Notes: generated by a model from the sequence alone, not told the origin. Positions 29,042-39,421 are shown, counted from the first letter of the stretch. The stretch: 64,000 nt of DNA from Candidatus Udaeobacter sp. (GCA_035473115.1 DATION010000006.1:64521-128520), one strand, 5' to 3'. Translations and numbers: made by a program.

Positions 29042-29407
29042 ATGTCTTTGCAGAGATTGGTAAAAAGTTTTGTGAACGCCATGCGTGGTTTAAAGCATGT
29101 TTTTAAGTCTGAGCAAAATTTTAGAATTCAGACAGTAGTCGGCCTGTTTGTTTTAATTGCCGCTTTTTATCTGCCGCTACGCAATTGGGAAGTGATTCTA
29201 GTTGTTTTACTAGTCTTATTAGTTTTGTTAGTAGAGATTTTAAATACTGTTTTTGAATATTTTAGCGATTTGCTTAAACCACGCCTGAATAGTTATGTCA
29301 GAATAATTAAAGATATTATGGCTGGAGCGGTCTTGCTGACGTCGATTGTTGCTTTAGTTATCGGAACGATAATTTTCTGGCCATACTTGGAAAATATCCT
29401 AAAATAG
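29042..29407 (+). CDS. dgkA: Diacylglycerol/undecaprenol kinase family
   Basis: SF..A..G...EQNFRI, EILNT..E..D, KDIMAGAV; follows ybeY as usual. Confidence 0.9.
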   Translation: MSLQRLVKSFVNAMRGLKHVFKSEQNFRIQTVVGLFVLIAAFYLPLRNWEVILVVLLVLLVLLVEILNTVFEYFSDLLKPRLNSYVRIIKDIMAGAVLLTSIVALVIGTIIFWPYLENILK

Positions 29408-29471
29408 TGCTATAATATGATAAATTTCTAGCAGCTGCTTTAGAGGGTAGATTTTATTGCTTCAATGTTAT

Positions 29472-30725
29472 ATGAAAAATGGTCAAGGAAATTTAATTAG
29501 CGGCTTGGACATCGGATCAAATTCGGTGCGGATTGTGGTTGGCCAGCTGCAGGAAAAAGAAAATGGTAGTTCAGAACTGCAGATTTTGGGTGCGGCGGAG
29601 TTTTCTTCCGAGGGAGTGCAGAAGGGTGTCGTTAGCAGTATTGAAGACGTGGTTTCTTCTATCTCTGCGTGTTTAGAGAGAGTAGAGCGTATGGTGGGCG
29701 CGCCGGTAGATAGTGTTTGGGTAGGAATATCAGGCGTTAATATTTTATCTCAAAATAGCAAGGGCGTAGTAGCTGTTTCTAAAGCTAACAGTGAAATAAC
29801 CGAAGAAGATGTTAATCGAGCTGTGGAAGCGGCTAGATCAATTGCTACACCCTTAAATTACGAAGTTCTTCATGTTTTACCGCGGCATTACACTGTTGAT
29901 GGGCAAGTGGGTATAAAAGATCCGGTTTCTATGACTGGTATGCGTTTGGAAGTTGACACTCAGATAATCCTTGGTTCGTCTTCACAAATAAAAAATTTAA
30001 CTAAGGCTGTTTATCGAGCCGGTTTAGATATTGAAGATTTAGTTTTATTTATCCTTGCTACCGCCGAAGTGGCCGTTACTAAACGGCAAAAAGAGCTGGG
30101 AGTAATGGTGGTCAATTTAGGTGGATCCACAACCGGTATGGCTGTATTTGAAGAAGGCGAGCTACTGCACACGGCGATTTTGCCGATAGGTTCTCAAAAT
30201 ATTACCAATGATATCGCTATGGGGTTACGGGTTCCGCCGGAAGAAATTGCTGAACGAATAAAAATAGAATATGGTGATTGCCATCCCGATTTAATTTCCA
30301 AAAAAGATGAGATTGATTTGTTTGATGTCGGTTCTGCCGATCATCAAATGGTAAAGAAGAAATTTTTAAATGAAATAATTTCCGCTCGGGTGGAAGAAAT
30401 TTTACAAAAAGTTGATGATGAGTTGCGAAAAATTCAGCGTTCCGGATTATTACCAGCCGGTGTGGTCTTTACCGGCGCTGGTGCCAAGATTCCCGGCCTG
30501 GTAGATCTGGCAAAAAAGGTTTTGCGCTTGCCGGCAAGTTTGGGTTATCCGCTTAATGTGGTCAGTGTTACCGATAAAGTTAATGATTTGGGTTTTGCCA
30601 CGGCAGTTGGGCTGGTGAAGTGGGGAAGCGAAATGCAGGGATTTCATGAGCATAAATCTAGCGGAAAAAATATTAGCGCTGTTTCCGGTCAGGTTAAGAA
30701 GTGGCTAAAAACTCTGATTCCATAA
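29472..30725 (+). CDS. ftsA: Cell division protein FtsA
   Basis: GLDIGSNS, DPVSMTGMRLE, NLGGSTT, ITNDIA, VFTGAGAKIPG. Confidence 0.97.
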   Translation: MKNGQGNLISGLDIGSNSVRIVVGQLQEKENGSSELQILGAAEFSSEGVQKGVVSSIEDVVSSISACLERVERMVGAPVDSVWVGISGVNILSQNSKGVVAVSKANSEITEEDVNRAVEAARSIATPLNYEVLHVLPRHYTVDGQVGIKDPVSMTGMRLEVDTQIILGSSSQIKNLTKAVYRAGLDIEDLVLFILATAEVAVTKRQKELGVMVVNLGGSTTGMAVFEEGELLHTAILPIGSQNITNDIAMGLRVPPEEIAERIKIEYGDCHPDLISKKDEIDLFDVGSADHQMVKKKFLNEIISARVEEILQKVDDELRKIQRSGLLPAGVVFTGAGAKIPGLVDLAKKVLRLPASLGYPLNVVSVTDKVNDLGFATAVGLVKWGSEMQGFHEHKSSGKNISAVSGQVKKWLKTLIP

Positions 30726-30865
30726 AACAAATTTTAGCTGTCAAATCTTTCTTGACAGTAAAATTTTTTAAATATAAACTATCTAACGGGGGCAGCTCCG
30801 TTATTTTGTTTAAAAACACTTTGAATACAAAATGTGTTCAATATAAATCAGTAATTTGTATTTGT

Positions 30866-32083
30866 ATGCCGCAAGTAAAACCAGACATCGAAACTTTTGC
30901 CAAAATAAAAGTTATTGGTATTGGCGGATCAGGAGGATCGGCAGTCAACCGCATGGTCGGCGGACGAATTCGCGGAGTTGATTTTATTGCTATGAATACT
31001 GATGTTCAAGCTTTGCATCATAGCGCCGCTCCCCAAAAACTTCATATCGGCAAAAGTGTTACCCGAGGTTTGGGAGCAGGTATGGACCCGGAAGTAGGTA
31101 AAAAAGCGGCTGAAGAAAGTCAGAATGAAATCAGAGACATGGTGAAAGATGCCGACATGGTTTTTATTACTTGTGGTTTAGGCGGCGGCACCGGATCCGG
31201 AGCTTCACCGGTTGTAGCTGGTGTAGCCAAAGAAGCCGGAGCTTTAACAATTGCCGTTGTCACCAAGCCGTTTGCTTTTGAAGGTCCGCAAAGAAGAGAT
31301 ATTGCCGAGAAAGCTTGGGAACAACTGGCTCGCAATGTTGACGCGATTATTACCATTCCAAATGACCGAGTTCTGCAGATAGTCGATAAAAAAACAACGC
31401 TTTTAGAATCTTTTAAAATTGTTGACGATGTTTTGCGCCAGGGCGTGCAGGGTATTGCCGAATTAATTACTATTCCAGGACTAATCAATGTTGACTTTGC
31501 TGATGTCAAAACAATTATGCGTGATGCCGGTTCGGCTTTAATGGGCATTGGCATCGGTACCGGAGAAAATAAAGCTATTGATGCGGCCAAATCGGCCATC
31601 TCCAGTCCGTTGTTGGAGCTCTCAATTGACGGAGCCAGAGGCATCTTATTTACCGTTACTGGCGGTCCGGATATGACTATGAGTGAAGTAAGCGATGCTG
31701 CCAAGATAGTTACCAGTTCAGCCGCTGAAGATGCCAAAATAATTTTTGGTGCCACCATAGACGAGACTATGACTGGCAATATCCGTATTGCGGTTATCGC
31801 TACGGGTTTTGAGGAGCGTCGTCCTAGTCTGTCTGCTTCTGAAGACGAACAAACTGCCCAATCATTTTTTTCCGGCGGCAATAAGTATGTGCCGAGCAGC
31901 TTTATGAGAAAAGTGCAAAAAGATGAAGAGGAAGAAGAAAAAAAGTTTAAACAGATTATTTACAACAATAACACTTCTGCTCAAACACCAAAAAATCCGC
32001 CAGCTCAACCTGCTAAAGACAAGAGTAATGGTGATGAAGAATTGGAAATACCGGCTTTTATCAGAAAAAAAATGGGCATTTAA
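30866..32083 (+). CDS. ftsZ: Cell division protein FtsZ
   Basis: GLGGGTGSG tubulin motif, INVDFADV, C-terminal LEIPAFIRKK; start taken at MPQVKP. Confidence 0.98.
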   Translation: MPQVKPDIETFAKIKVIGIGGSGGSAVNRMVGGRIRGVDFIAMNTDVQALHHSAAPQKLHIGKSVTRGLGAGMDPEVGKKAAEESQNEIRDMVKDADMVFITCGLGGGTGSGASPVVAGVAKEAGALTIAVVTKPFAFEGPQRRDIAEKAWEQLARNVDAIITIPNDRVLQIVDKKTTLLESFKIVDDVLRQGVQGIAELITIPGLINVDFADVKTIMRDAGSALMGIGIGTGENKAIDAAKSAISSPLLELSIDGARGILFTVTGGPDMTMSEVSDAAKIVTSSAAEDAKIIFGATIDETMTGNIRIAVIATGFEERRPSLSASEDEQTAQSFFSGGNKYVPSSFMRKVQKDEEEEEKKFKQIIYNNNTSAQTPKNPPAQPAKDKSNGDEELEIPAFIRKKMGI

Positions 32084-32087
32084 ACAT

Positions 32088-32130
32088 AAAAAACAATCCC
32101 GCCTTTTGCGAAAGGCGGGATTGTTTTTTT
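32088..32130 (+). terminator. Intrinsic terminator after ftsZ
   Basis: ACAATCCCGCCTTT-TGCG-AAAGGCGGGATTGT followed by T7. Confidence 0.9.
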
Positions 32131-32179
32131 GCCTATTTATTGGTATAGTAGACTTGTTGATTTATAGTTTAAACTAATT

Positions 32180-32632
32180 ATGCGCTGTCCAGTTTGTAAT
32201 AATAAAGAAATTAGTGTGGTAGATACTCGTCCTTCAGAAGATGGGTTGTCTATTCGCCGTCGGCGCGAATGTGATAAGTGTCAGTACCGTTTTTCAACCG
32301 TTGAAGAAATGGAATTATTGGATGTAATTGTGGTAAAAACCGACGGCCATCGAGAAAGCTATATGCGCGACAAAATAGAGAGCGGTATAAAAATGGCTTT
32401 GACTAAACGTTCATATACCAGAGACAGCTTTCATCGTTTAATGCATTCCATTGAGCGCGATATCCAAAAAAAGAAGTCTAAAGAAATATCCAGCAAGGAA
32501 CTTGGTGAGATTGTTATTAAACATTTGCGCGGCTTTGATAAAGTAGCTTACATCAGATTTGCCAGTGTCTACCGAGATTTTAGAGATGTACGTACATTTG
32601 AAAAAGAACTAAAAAAATTAGCAACTAAATAA
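32180..32632 (+). CDS. nrdR: Transcriptional repressor NrdR
   Basis: MRCPVC..VVDTR..IRRRRECDKC..RFST; ATP cone; DKVAYIRFASVYRDF. Confidence 0.97.
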   Translation: MRCPVCNNKEISVVDTRPSEDGLSIRRRRECDKCQYRFSTVEEMELLDVIVVKTDGHRESYMRDKIESGIKMALTKRSYTRDSFHRLMHSIERDIQKKKSKEISSKELGEIVIKHLRGFDKVAYIRFASVYRDFRDVRTFEKELKKLATK

Positions 32633-32636
32633 ATTT

Positions 32637-33029
32637 ATGTTTAAACATAAACCAGCTGTTTTTGCCGAAACTGTTTCTGAAGGCAAAGCAGTGTCCAGCC
32701 AAGATGTAAAGCCGGAGCCAGACCTAAAAGAATTGATGGAAAAAAACCTAAAATGGTCTCAGATTATTTATGAGCAGAATCGTAAAATAAATAATAAGCT
32801 TTTATGGTCGGCGATCGCGGATTGGCTAAGACTTTTAGTGCTGGTTGTGCCGATAGTTTTGGCGTTTTTATTTCTGCCGCCATGGCTTAAAGGTTTTTGG
32901 TCTCGTTACGGGGATTTGTTAGTTAAAACTTCTGTTACTAGTACCAGACAAAATTCTTTGGAAAATTTATTAAAATTATTTAATTTAGACCCAGCTAAAC
33001 AGGAACAGCTAAAGACTTTGCTTAAATAG
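32637..33029 (+). CDS. Hypothetical single-TM protein
   Basis: 130-aa ORF with a hydrophobic helix, within the nrdR-pyk run. Confidence 0.75.
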   Translation: MFKHKPAVFAETVSEGKAVSSQDVKPEPDLKELMEKNLKWSQIIYEQNRKINNKLLWSAIADWLRLLVLVVPIVLAFLFLPPWLKGFWSRYGDLLVKTSVTSTRQNSLENLLKLFNLDPAKQEQLKTLLK

Positions 33030-33072
33030 ACTCTTTTTAACGAACGGTTGTTCGGATAATTTTGTTAATGTT

Positions 33073-34512
33073 ATGTTCAAAAAAACAAAAATTTGCGCCA
33101 CTATTGGTCCGGCTTCTTCGGATTTGGCCACGCTTACCGATATGGTAAAAGCGGGGATGAATATTGCCAGACTAAATTTTTCTCACGGTGATTATTTAAG
33201 TCATGCAGAAATTATAAAAAATATCAGGCAAGTTGAAGCCATTACGGCAGAGCCGGTGGCTATCATGCAAGATTTGCAGGGGCCAAAAATAAGAGTGGGT
33301 GCTTTGCCCGAAGCTGGCGTGGCTATTAAAGTTGGCCAAGAGATAGTTTTTGATACTTCTTTAACCGAATATAAAGGCAAAGAGATCCCTTTGGATTATC
33401 CTGATCTGCATAAATTTATTGAACCTGAGCAAAGAATTTTAGTAGATGACGGTCATATTGAAGTAAGAGTAAAAAATGTGTCCGGCACAAAAATAATTGG
33501 TGAAGTTGTGGAAGGATCAACTATACTTTCGCACAAAGGATTAAATTTACCGGATAGTGATTTGAACATAGAAACTTTAAGCGAAAAAGATAAAAAAGAT
33601 TTAAAATTTGGCGTGGAGCAGGGGGTAGATTTAGTAGCCTTGTCTTTTGTGCGTTCGGCCAAAGATATGCTTGACCTTAGATTTTTAGTTAAACAATTTG
33701 AAACCGAGTTAGGCATAAAAAATGAGCAGCCCATACGTTTAATCGCCAAAATAGAAAGGCATGTGGCGGTAGACAATCTGGAAGAAATTCTGGATGTGGC
33801 CGATGGTATTATGGTGGCGCGCGGAGATTTAGGTCTAGAAATGCTAGCTGCCGAAGTCCCGTTAGTGCAGAAAAAAATGATTGATTCAGCTAATACTCAT
33901 GCCAAACCGGTAATTGTGGCTACCCAAATGCTTGATTCTATGCGCGAAAATAGACGTCCGACTCGCGCCGAGGTAAGCGATGTAGCTAATGCAGTTATTG
34001 ATCATGCTGATACCTTAATGCTGTCCAATGAAACAGCTACAGGCAAACATCCGGTTTTGGTGATAGAAACTATGGCTGATATTATTGCCAGTACCGAAAA
34101 ATCTCATTATGATGATACAGCTTTGCCTACAATTCACAAAAGCGGCGCCACCTCAGAAGTAGCTATTACCGAACTTTCCAGAATTTTAGCCGAAGAAGTA
34201 AAAGCCAAAATAATTTTGGCGGCTTCTATTTCCGGAGAGACAGGCCGGCTCATCAGCCATGTGCGTCCGCCTCTGCCAATACTAGTTGGTACTCGCAGTC
34301 AGAGAGTGCAAAGACAATTAAATTTGTCTTGGGGAGTGGTGCCGTTTATTTTGGAACCTTGCAACAGCATTGAAGAATTGGTAGAACGATCAATCGCCTA
34401 TATTAAAAAGAACAAAATCGCCAAAAATGGTGACCAGATGGTGGTAGTAGCGGGCGAGCCGGTCGGGCAGGCGGGGAATGTAAATTTGGTTGAGGTGCGA
34501 GAAATAAAATAA
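33073..34512 (+). CDS. pyk: Pyruvate kinase
   Basis: KTKICATIGPAS, RLNFSHG, DLQGPKIR, IAKIE, MVARGDLG, ATQMLDSM, PTRAEVSDVANA. Confidence 0.98.
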   Translation: MFKKTKICATIGPASSDLATLTDMVKAGMNIARLNFSHGDYLSHAEIIKNIRQVEAITAEPVAIMQDLQGPKIRVGALPEAGVAIKVGQEIVFDTSLTEYKGKEIPLDYPDLHKFIEPEQRILVDDGHIEVRVKNVSGTKIIGEVVEGSTILSHKGLNLPDSDLNIETLSEKDKKDLKFGVEQGVDLVALSFVRSAKDMLDLRFLVKQFETELGIKNEQPIRLIAKIERHVAVDNLEEILDVADGIMVARGDLGLEMLAAEVPLVQKKMIDSANTHAKPVIVATQMLDSMRENRRPTRAEVSDVANAVIDHADTLMLSNETATGKHPVLVIETMADIIASTEKSHYDDTALPTIHKSGATSEVAITELSRILAEEVKAKIILAASISGETGRLISHVRPPLPILVGTRSQRVQRQLNLSWGVVPFILEPCNSIEELVERSIAYIKKNKIAKNGDQMVVVAGEPVGQAGNVNLVEVREIK

Positions 34513-34516
34513 GCCT

Positions 34517-35284
34517 ATGGATAAAAGTAAATTTTTAGAAGTTGCAATTGAAGCTGCAAAAAATGCAGAAAAAATTATCATGAAGCATTATTCTAATGAT
34601 TTAACTTGGCAAACAAAACCAGATTTTTCTCCGGTAAGTATAGCAGATACTGAAGCTGAAAAAGTTATTATCAAAACAATCAAAGAGTACTTTCCCGACC
34701 ATAGTTTTCTCGGTGAAGAGTATGGAAGCGATAATATATCTTCAAAGTACCAATGGGTTATTGATCCAATTGATGGAACCAGAAATTATGTCCGTAAGAT
34801 TCCTTTGTTTGCAACGCAGATTGCTTTGATAGAAAACGGAGAAATAATTTTGGGAGTCTCAAACGCGCCGGCAATGAATGAAATTATTTTTGCTGAAAAG
34901 GGGAAAGGTGCATTTTTAAATGGGTCAAAAATTAGTGTTTCAGAGGTTAAAAATTTATCCGAATCGTATGTTAGTTTTGGTGGAGTAAAACATTTTAAAA
35001 ATTACGGTTATTTGCAATGTCTTTTAAAGCTTGCTGAAAGTACAGGTGGGCAGCGAGGGTTTGGTGATGCCTGGAGCTTTCATTTATTGGCTCAAGGCAA
35101 AATTGATATTATTGTTGAAGCTAAGATAAAAATATGGGATATTGCCGCTTTAGTAATTATAATAGAAGAAGCTGGAGGCAAGGTGACAGATATTAATGGT
35201 AATAAAATAACAGTAAGCAGTACTTCAATAATTGCTACCAATAACTATCTGTATAATTCAGTTTTAGAAATTTTTAAGAAATAA
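34517..35284 (+). CDS. Inositol monophosphatase family (SuhB/HisN-like)
   Basis: GEE, WVIDPIDGTRNY, WDIAA, EEAGGKVTD. Confidence 0.92.
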   Translation: MDKSKFLEVAIEAAKNAEKIIMKHYSNDLTWQTKPDFSPVSIADTEAEKVIIKTIKEYFPDHSFLGEEYGSDNISSKYQWVIDPIDGTRNYVRKIPLFATQIALIENGEIILGVSNAPAMNEIIFAEKGKGAFLNGSKISVSEVKNLSESYVSFGGVKHFKNYGYLQCLLKLAESTGGQRGFGDAWSFHLLAQGKIDIIVEAKIKIWDIAALVIIIEEAGGKVTDINGNKITVSSTSIIATNNYLYNSVLEIFKK

Positions 35285-35323
35285 AAACAAAAAAGACAGC
35301 CAGTTTGGCAGTCTTTTTTGTTT
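35285..35323. terminator. Bidirectional terminator between convergent genes
   Basis: AAACAAAAAAGAC..GCCA/TGGC..GTCTTTTTTGTTT. Confidence 0.75.
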
Positions 35324-35328
35324 AGATT

Positions 35329-36576
35329 TTATTTTAACGTTGGGTAAAGCGGAAATTTTTTGGTTAATTCAATTACCTCCTGTCTAATATTGGCCAATTT
35401 ATTTTCATCCTGCCAATTAGTAATCGCTTCATCTATCCAGCCGGCAATTATTTTCATTTCTGTTTCTTTCATGCCACGAGTGGTCAGGGCTGGTGTGCCC
35501 AAACGAATACCAGATGGATCCATAGGCGAGCGTGGATCATCGGGAATCATATTTTTGTTTACAGTAATGCCAGCTTTATCCAAGGCAATTTGTGCTTCCT
35601 TACCAGAAACGCCTTTTGGAGTTACATCTATAAGCAGTAAATGATTATCTGAACCACCAAAACATAATTTATAGCCAAGTTGGTTGAATTCTGTTTCCAG
35701 AACTTTTGTATTCTTTTTTATCTGTTTAACATATTCTTTAAATTCCGGTTCCATCGCTTCTTTAAAAGCGATAGCTTTGGCGGCAATGTTATTTTCGTGG
35801 GGGCCGCCTTGAAATCCAGGGAAAACAGATTTATCTATATCTTTAGCAAATTTTTCTTTACACATAATCATGCCGCCGCGGGGGCCGCGCAGAGTTTTAT
35901 GAGTAGTGGTAGTGACAATATCAAAGATTGGTACCGGGTTATTCATTTCGCCGCCAGCGATCAGTCCGGCAATATGGGCAATGTCAGCCATAGTAATAGC
36001 GCCCACTTCATCAGCAATCGCTTTTATTTTTTCGTATTCAATTTCTCTTGAATACGCAGAGTAGCCGACCAAAATTATTTTTGGTTTATGTTCCAAAGCC
36101 ATTTGGCGCAAATTATCTAAATCAATTAGGCCTTCAGCATTGGTCTTGTAGCGGACAAAGTTGTAGATTTTGGCCATGTAAGTTACCGGATGGCCGTGAG
36201 TAAGATGGCCGCCATGAGATAAGTCCATGCCTAAAACGGTATCGCCAGGTTTGAGCAAAGCAAAATAAACTGCCACGTTAGCCGGAGCGCCAGAAAGAGG
36301 TTGGACATTTACATGTTCCGCGCCAAAAATTTGTTTAGCTCGGTCTATGGCTAATTGTTCAACTTCATCGATAAATTCACAACCGCCATAGTATCTTTTT
36401 CCCGGGTAGCCTTCGGAGTATTTATTTGTCAAAACTGAACCGAGAGCTTCCAGCACAGCAGGGGAGACAAAATTTTCGGAAGGGATCATTTCCAGTCCTT
36501 CTTCTTGGCGTTTTTGTTCGCGTTTGATGCTTTGGTAAATATCAGAATCAAAATCTTTTAAGTTTTGAGTGTGCAT
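35329..36576 (-). CDS. glyA: Serine hydroxymethyltransferase
   Basis: [49 protein letters not shown]. Confidence 0.98.
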   Translation of the reverse strand: MHTQNLKDFDSDIYQSIKREQKRQEEGLEMIPSENFVSPAVLEALGSVLTNKYSEGYPGKRYYGGCEFIDEVEQLAIDRAKQIFGAEHVNVQPLSGAPANVAVYFALLKPGDTVLGMDLSHGGHLTHGHPVTYMAKIYNFVRYKTNAEGLIDLDNLRQMALEHKPKIILVGYSAYSREIEYEKIKAIADEVGAITMADIAHIAGLIAGGEMNNPVPIFDIVTTTTHKTLRGPRGGMIMCKEKFAKDIDKSVFPGFQGGPHENNIAAKAIAFKEAMEPEFKEYVKQIKKNTKVLETEFNQLGYKLCFGGSDNHLLLIDVTPKGVSGKEAQIALDKAGITVNKNMIPDDPRSPMDPSGIRLGTPALTTRGMKETEMKIIAGWIDEAITNWQDENKLANIRQEVIELTKKFPLYPTLK

Positions 36577-36618
36577 AAAAATAAATAAAAAGTTAGGTCG
36601 GTTTATTAAAATAAAAGT

Positions 36619-37005
36619 TTAGAGAGATCTAATTAGATCATATACATTTTGCGCGCAGTTATCAGGTAAATTATTTATATCATGCCAAGCCCAATCCACA
36701 GTATCTTTTCCTGGTTTTATTTCTCCGATTCTTTTTGCTAAATAGTGAATAAGAATAATGACTCGGCCATTTTGGTGCAACATTATTGGTTTGAGTGGTT
36801 TTATTATTTCTATTTTTATGCCCATTTCTTCGCCAACTTCACGGTGGCAGGCGTCTTCTAAGCTTTTATCAAACTCTTCTACTTCGCCGCCAGGGAACAT
36901 CCATGGTGTAATGCCGCCTTGTTTTTGTTCGCGGTTAAGCAAAACTTTGTTATCTTCTATTATAACCGGCCCGGAAGCAATAATGGAATTTAGTGGTAGC
37001 TGCAT
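36619..37005 (-). CDS. NUDIX hydrolase
   Basis: PGGEVEEFDKSLEDACHREVGEEMGI Nudix box. Confidence 0.9.
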   Translation of the reverse strand: MQLPLNSIIASGPVIIEDNKVLLNREQKQGGITPWMFPGGEVEEFDKSLEDACHREVGEEMGIKIEIIKPLKPIMLHQNGRVIILIHYLAKRIGEIKPGKDTVDWAWHDINNLPDNCAQNVYDLIRSL

Positions 37006-37018
37006 ACTATTTATAGTA

Positions 37019-38704
37019 CTATTTTTTCAAATTCTTTACCATATAGGTATTTTCCAGCTTATAGCCGAATTTTTTGTAGTATTCCCGGACGCCTACGCCA
37101 GAAATAACAGCCAGTTGATAGGCTTTATTTTGGCGGCAAATTTTTTCGGCTTCCGCAATCAGTTTTCTGCCCATGCCAATATGCTGGCTGGCGCCTTTAG
37201 ATTTTTTGCCAATATTAATCAACTGTCCGTAAGTATGCAGTTCGCGAATAAAAGCTGGATAGCCCATTTTATCCAAAGCAGCGGCGCTAATACCTTCACT
37301 CGGCAAGCCTTTATATTGGATTATTTTTTCTTTAGTTTTATCTTTTGTTAAAACACGCAAACGGCAAAAAGCATAGACAATATCACGGTTTTTATCTTCA
37401 AAACTCAAAAAGTATTCTTTACCGCCGCTAGCTTCGTATTCATCCACAAATAGTTTTGGTTTATGATTAAAACCTTCCTCAAAATGTTGATGGCCAACTT
37501 CTCGGCAGCGCAAACAATTGCATTTTAGGCCTTCTTTTTTCATTTCGTCCTGGATTACTTGGCGTAAATTGGTCATGGTGTTGCCGGCTTGGATATGATG
37601 GCCGGGAATGTCGCGAATCAAACGAGAGATGCGGACATATCTTGGCACCTTGGCTTTAAATTTTTTAAGTATGTTTATCAATTCGCGGTCTGAATAAGTT
37701 TTGTATTCACCTCGTTTTAGCCAATCATAAAGTTCGGAAGTTTTAATAACTGTACAGGGGTAAATTTTAATCATGTCTGGGCGGTACTGGGGTTCGTCAA
37801 AAATTTCCAGCATCATTTTTAAATCTGTTTTGGGGGTGGCTCCAGGCAGCTGAGGCATTAAATGAAAGTCTACTTTAAATCCATAATCTTTCAGCATACG
37901 AGTAGCTTGTTTGACTGCGCCAACACCATGGCCGCGCTTAGTTATCTGGAGAATTTTTTCGTTAGTGTGCTGTACGCCCAGTTCTAGTCTGGTTGTGCCC
38001 ATTTCGCGCATAGCGGCAATTGTACCTTTGTTGATAAAATCGGGTCGAGTTTCGATAGTTAAACCAATGATACGATGCTTAGCTGTTTCATTTCTTTTTT
38101 GAATTTTAAAGCTAAGTTTACGCAGTTCATCCAAAGGAAGCATTTCATCAACTTGGCTATTTTCAAATTTGGCATTATTGCAAGCTTCAAAACATCTGGC
38201 AATAAACCAGTATTGGTATTTAATCGGATAAGAATTCCAAGTGCCACCTTTGATAATTAATTCCACTTTATCAGTTGGGTGGCCATTGTTTTTTAAAGCC
38301 AGCAATCGTTGGAAAACTTGTTGGTAGGGATCAAAAGCTAAGCCTAAAGCGCGAGCTGCCGCTGGTTCATCAGCCAGGTAACTTTTTGGCATACGGGCTT
38401 CGGTCGGGCAATAAATACATTTGCCAGGGCAGGGAAATGGTTTGGTCAGAACAGTTATTATGCTGACGCCGGACAAGCTGCGCACTGCTCGGCGCATAAG
38501 TATTTTTTCTAAAGCTGGACTTTTTTTAATCTTGTGCTGCTTGAGTAATTTATGATATGATTTGAGCAGTTCAGGCTTGGTGGGAATGTTTGTTTGATGA
38601 TTTTTTTCTTGACGTAAAATATTTCTTAAGGTATCGCCAAAATCTCCCGCTGTTTGCGGAAGATTAGCCAAAAGCTGCTTGATCATTGAATCAGTAATAG
38701 ACAT
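37019..38704 (-). CDS. elp3: Elp3-type tRNA uridine(34) carboxymethyltransferase (radical SAM + KAT domains)
   Basis: CPGKCIYCP, GGTW, ETRPD, ELGVQ, RISRLIRDIP, CNCLRCRE, IRELHTYG, QHIGMG, ISGVGVREYY. Confidence 0.93.
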   Translation of the reverse strand: MSITDSMIKQLLANLPQTAGDFGDTLRNILRQEKNHQTNIPTKPELLKSYHKLLKQHKIKKSPALEKILMRRAVRSLSGVSIITVLTKPFPCPGKCIYCPTEARMPKSYLADEPAAARALGLAFDPYQQVFQRLLALKNNGHPTDKVELIIKGGTWNSYPIKYQYWFIARCFEACNNAKFENSQVDEMLPLDELRKLSFKIQKRNETAKHRIIGLTIETRPDFINKGTIAAMREMGTTRLELGVQHTNEKILQITKRGHGVGAVKQATRMLKDYGFKVDFHLMPQLPGATPKTDLKMMLEIFDEPQYRPDMIKIYPCTVIKTSELYDWLKRGEYKTYSDRELINILKKFKAKVPRYVRISRLIRDIPGHHIQAGNTMTNLRQVIQDEMKKEGLKCNCLRCREVGHQHFEEGFNHKPKLFVDEYEASGGKEYFLSFEDKNRDIVYAFCRLRVLTKDKTKEKIIQYKGLPSEGISAAALDKMGYPAFIRELHTYGQLINIGKKSKGASQHIGMGRKLIAEAEKICRQNKAYQLAVISGVGVREYYKKFGYKLENTYMVKNLKK

Positions 38705-38707
38705 ATT

Positions 38708-39421
38708 ATGCTAGGCAAAGATACAGCTGAGATTATACATAAAACCCGGGAAGATTACAACCGGATAGCCAAACATTTTTCTGTTACTAGAGAATATGCT
38801 TGGCCGGAGTTTAAATATTTTAGCAGCTTTATAAAAGATGGCCAAAATATTCTAGATTGGGGTTGCGGCAACGGACGAATGGTTTTTTGTTTGCAAGGTA
38901 AAAAAGTAAAGTATTACGGCCTAGATCAAAGCAGCGGATTGATTAAAATAGCCAGAAAAAAGTTTGCCAATGAGGTAAAAAACGGGGTCGTAAATTTTGT
39001 TTGTACAGGATCACGAGATAAAAAATTTCCGGCAAGTTTTTTTGATCTGGTATTTATAATTGCTGCTTTATTTCATCTCCCTGATGAGCAAAGCCGGTTG
39101 GCACTTTTGCAGAAAATTCATAAAGAAATGAAGGTTGGTGGTCAACTGGTGGTAATGGTTTGGAACTTAGCTAGCGACTGGGCCAAAGTAAAAGCCAAAA
39201 AAAGCTGGGAAAAAATAGGGGAGAATGACTTTTTGATTCCTTGGAAAAATCCCGAAGGTGAAGTATTGGCCGAAAGATACTATCATCACTTTACTCCACA
39301 GGAGTTAAAAAACTTATTGGTTAAAGCCGGGTTTAAAGTAAAAAAATTAAAGTTTATGAAAAACGGCACTTGGACAGATGATAAGGGTGGCCAAAATTTA
39401 ATCGCGGTAGCTGTTAAATAA
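38708..39421 (+). CDS. Class I SAM methyltransferase, Trm9/ALKBH8-like
   Basis: YNRIAKHFSVTR..WP, LDWGCGNGR, FD..IAALFH, MVW, DFLIPW, RYYHHF..EL. Confidence 0.8.
   Translation: MLGKDTAEIIHKTREDYNRIAKHFSVTREYAWPEFKYFSSFIKDGQNILDWGCGNGRMVFCLQGKKVKYYGLDQSSGLIKIARKKFANEVKNGVVNFVCTGSRDKKFPASFFDLVFIIAALFHLPDEQSRLALLQKIHKEMKVGGQLVVMVWNLASDWAKVKAKKSWEKIGENDFLIPWKNPEGEVLAERYYHHFTPQELKNLLVKAGFKVKKLKFMKNGTWTDDKGGQNLIAVAVK

Noticed and set aside
30701-30865. 55-aa N-terminal extension of FtsZ (likewise the extended starts at 3720, 21609, 29457, 41030 and 58429)
   Set aside because: These cover promoter or intergenic sequence; downstream ATGs fit the family N-termini better
31120-31881. 253-aa antisense ORF, and similar shadow ORFs over kup, glyA, elp3, pyk and the large surface genes
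   Set aside because: Antisense or alternate-frame shadows of well-supported genes, with no motifs of their own
37261-37312. Possible decayed palindromic insertion in elp3 (GLPSEGISAAALDKMG)
   Set aside because: No convincing stem remains and the region is a naturally variable loop
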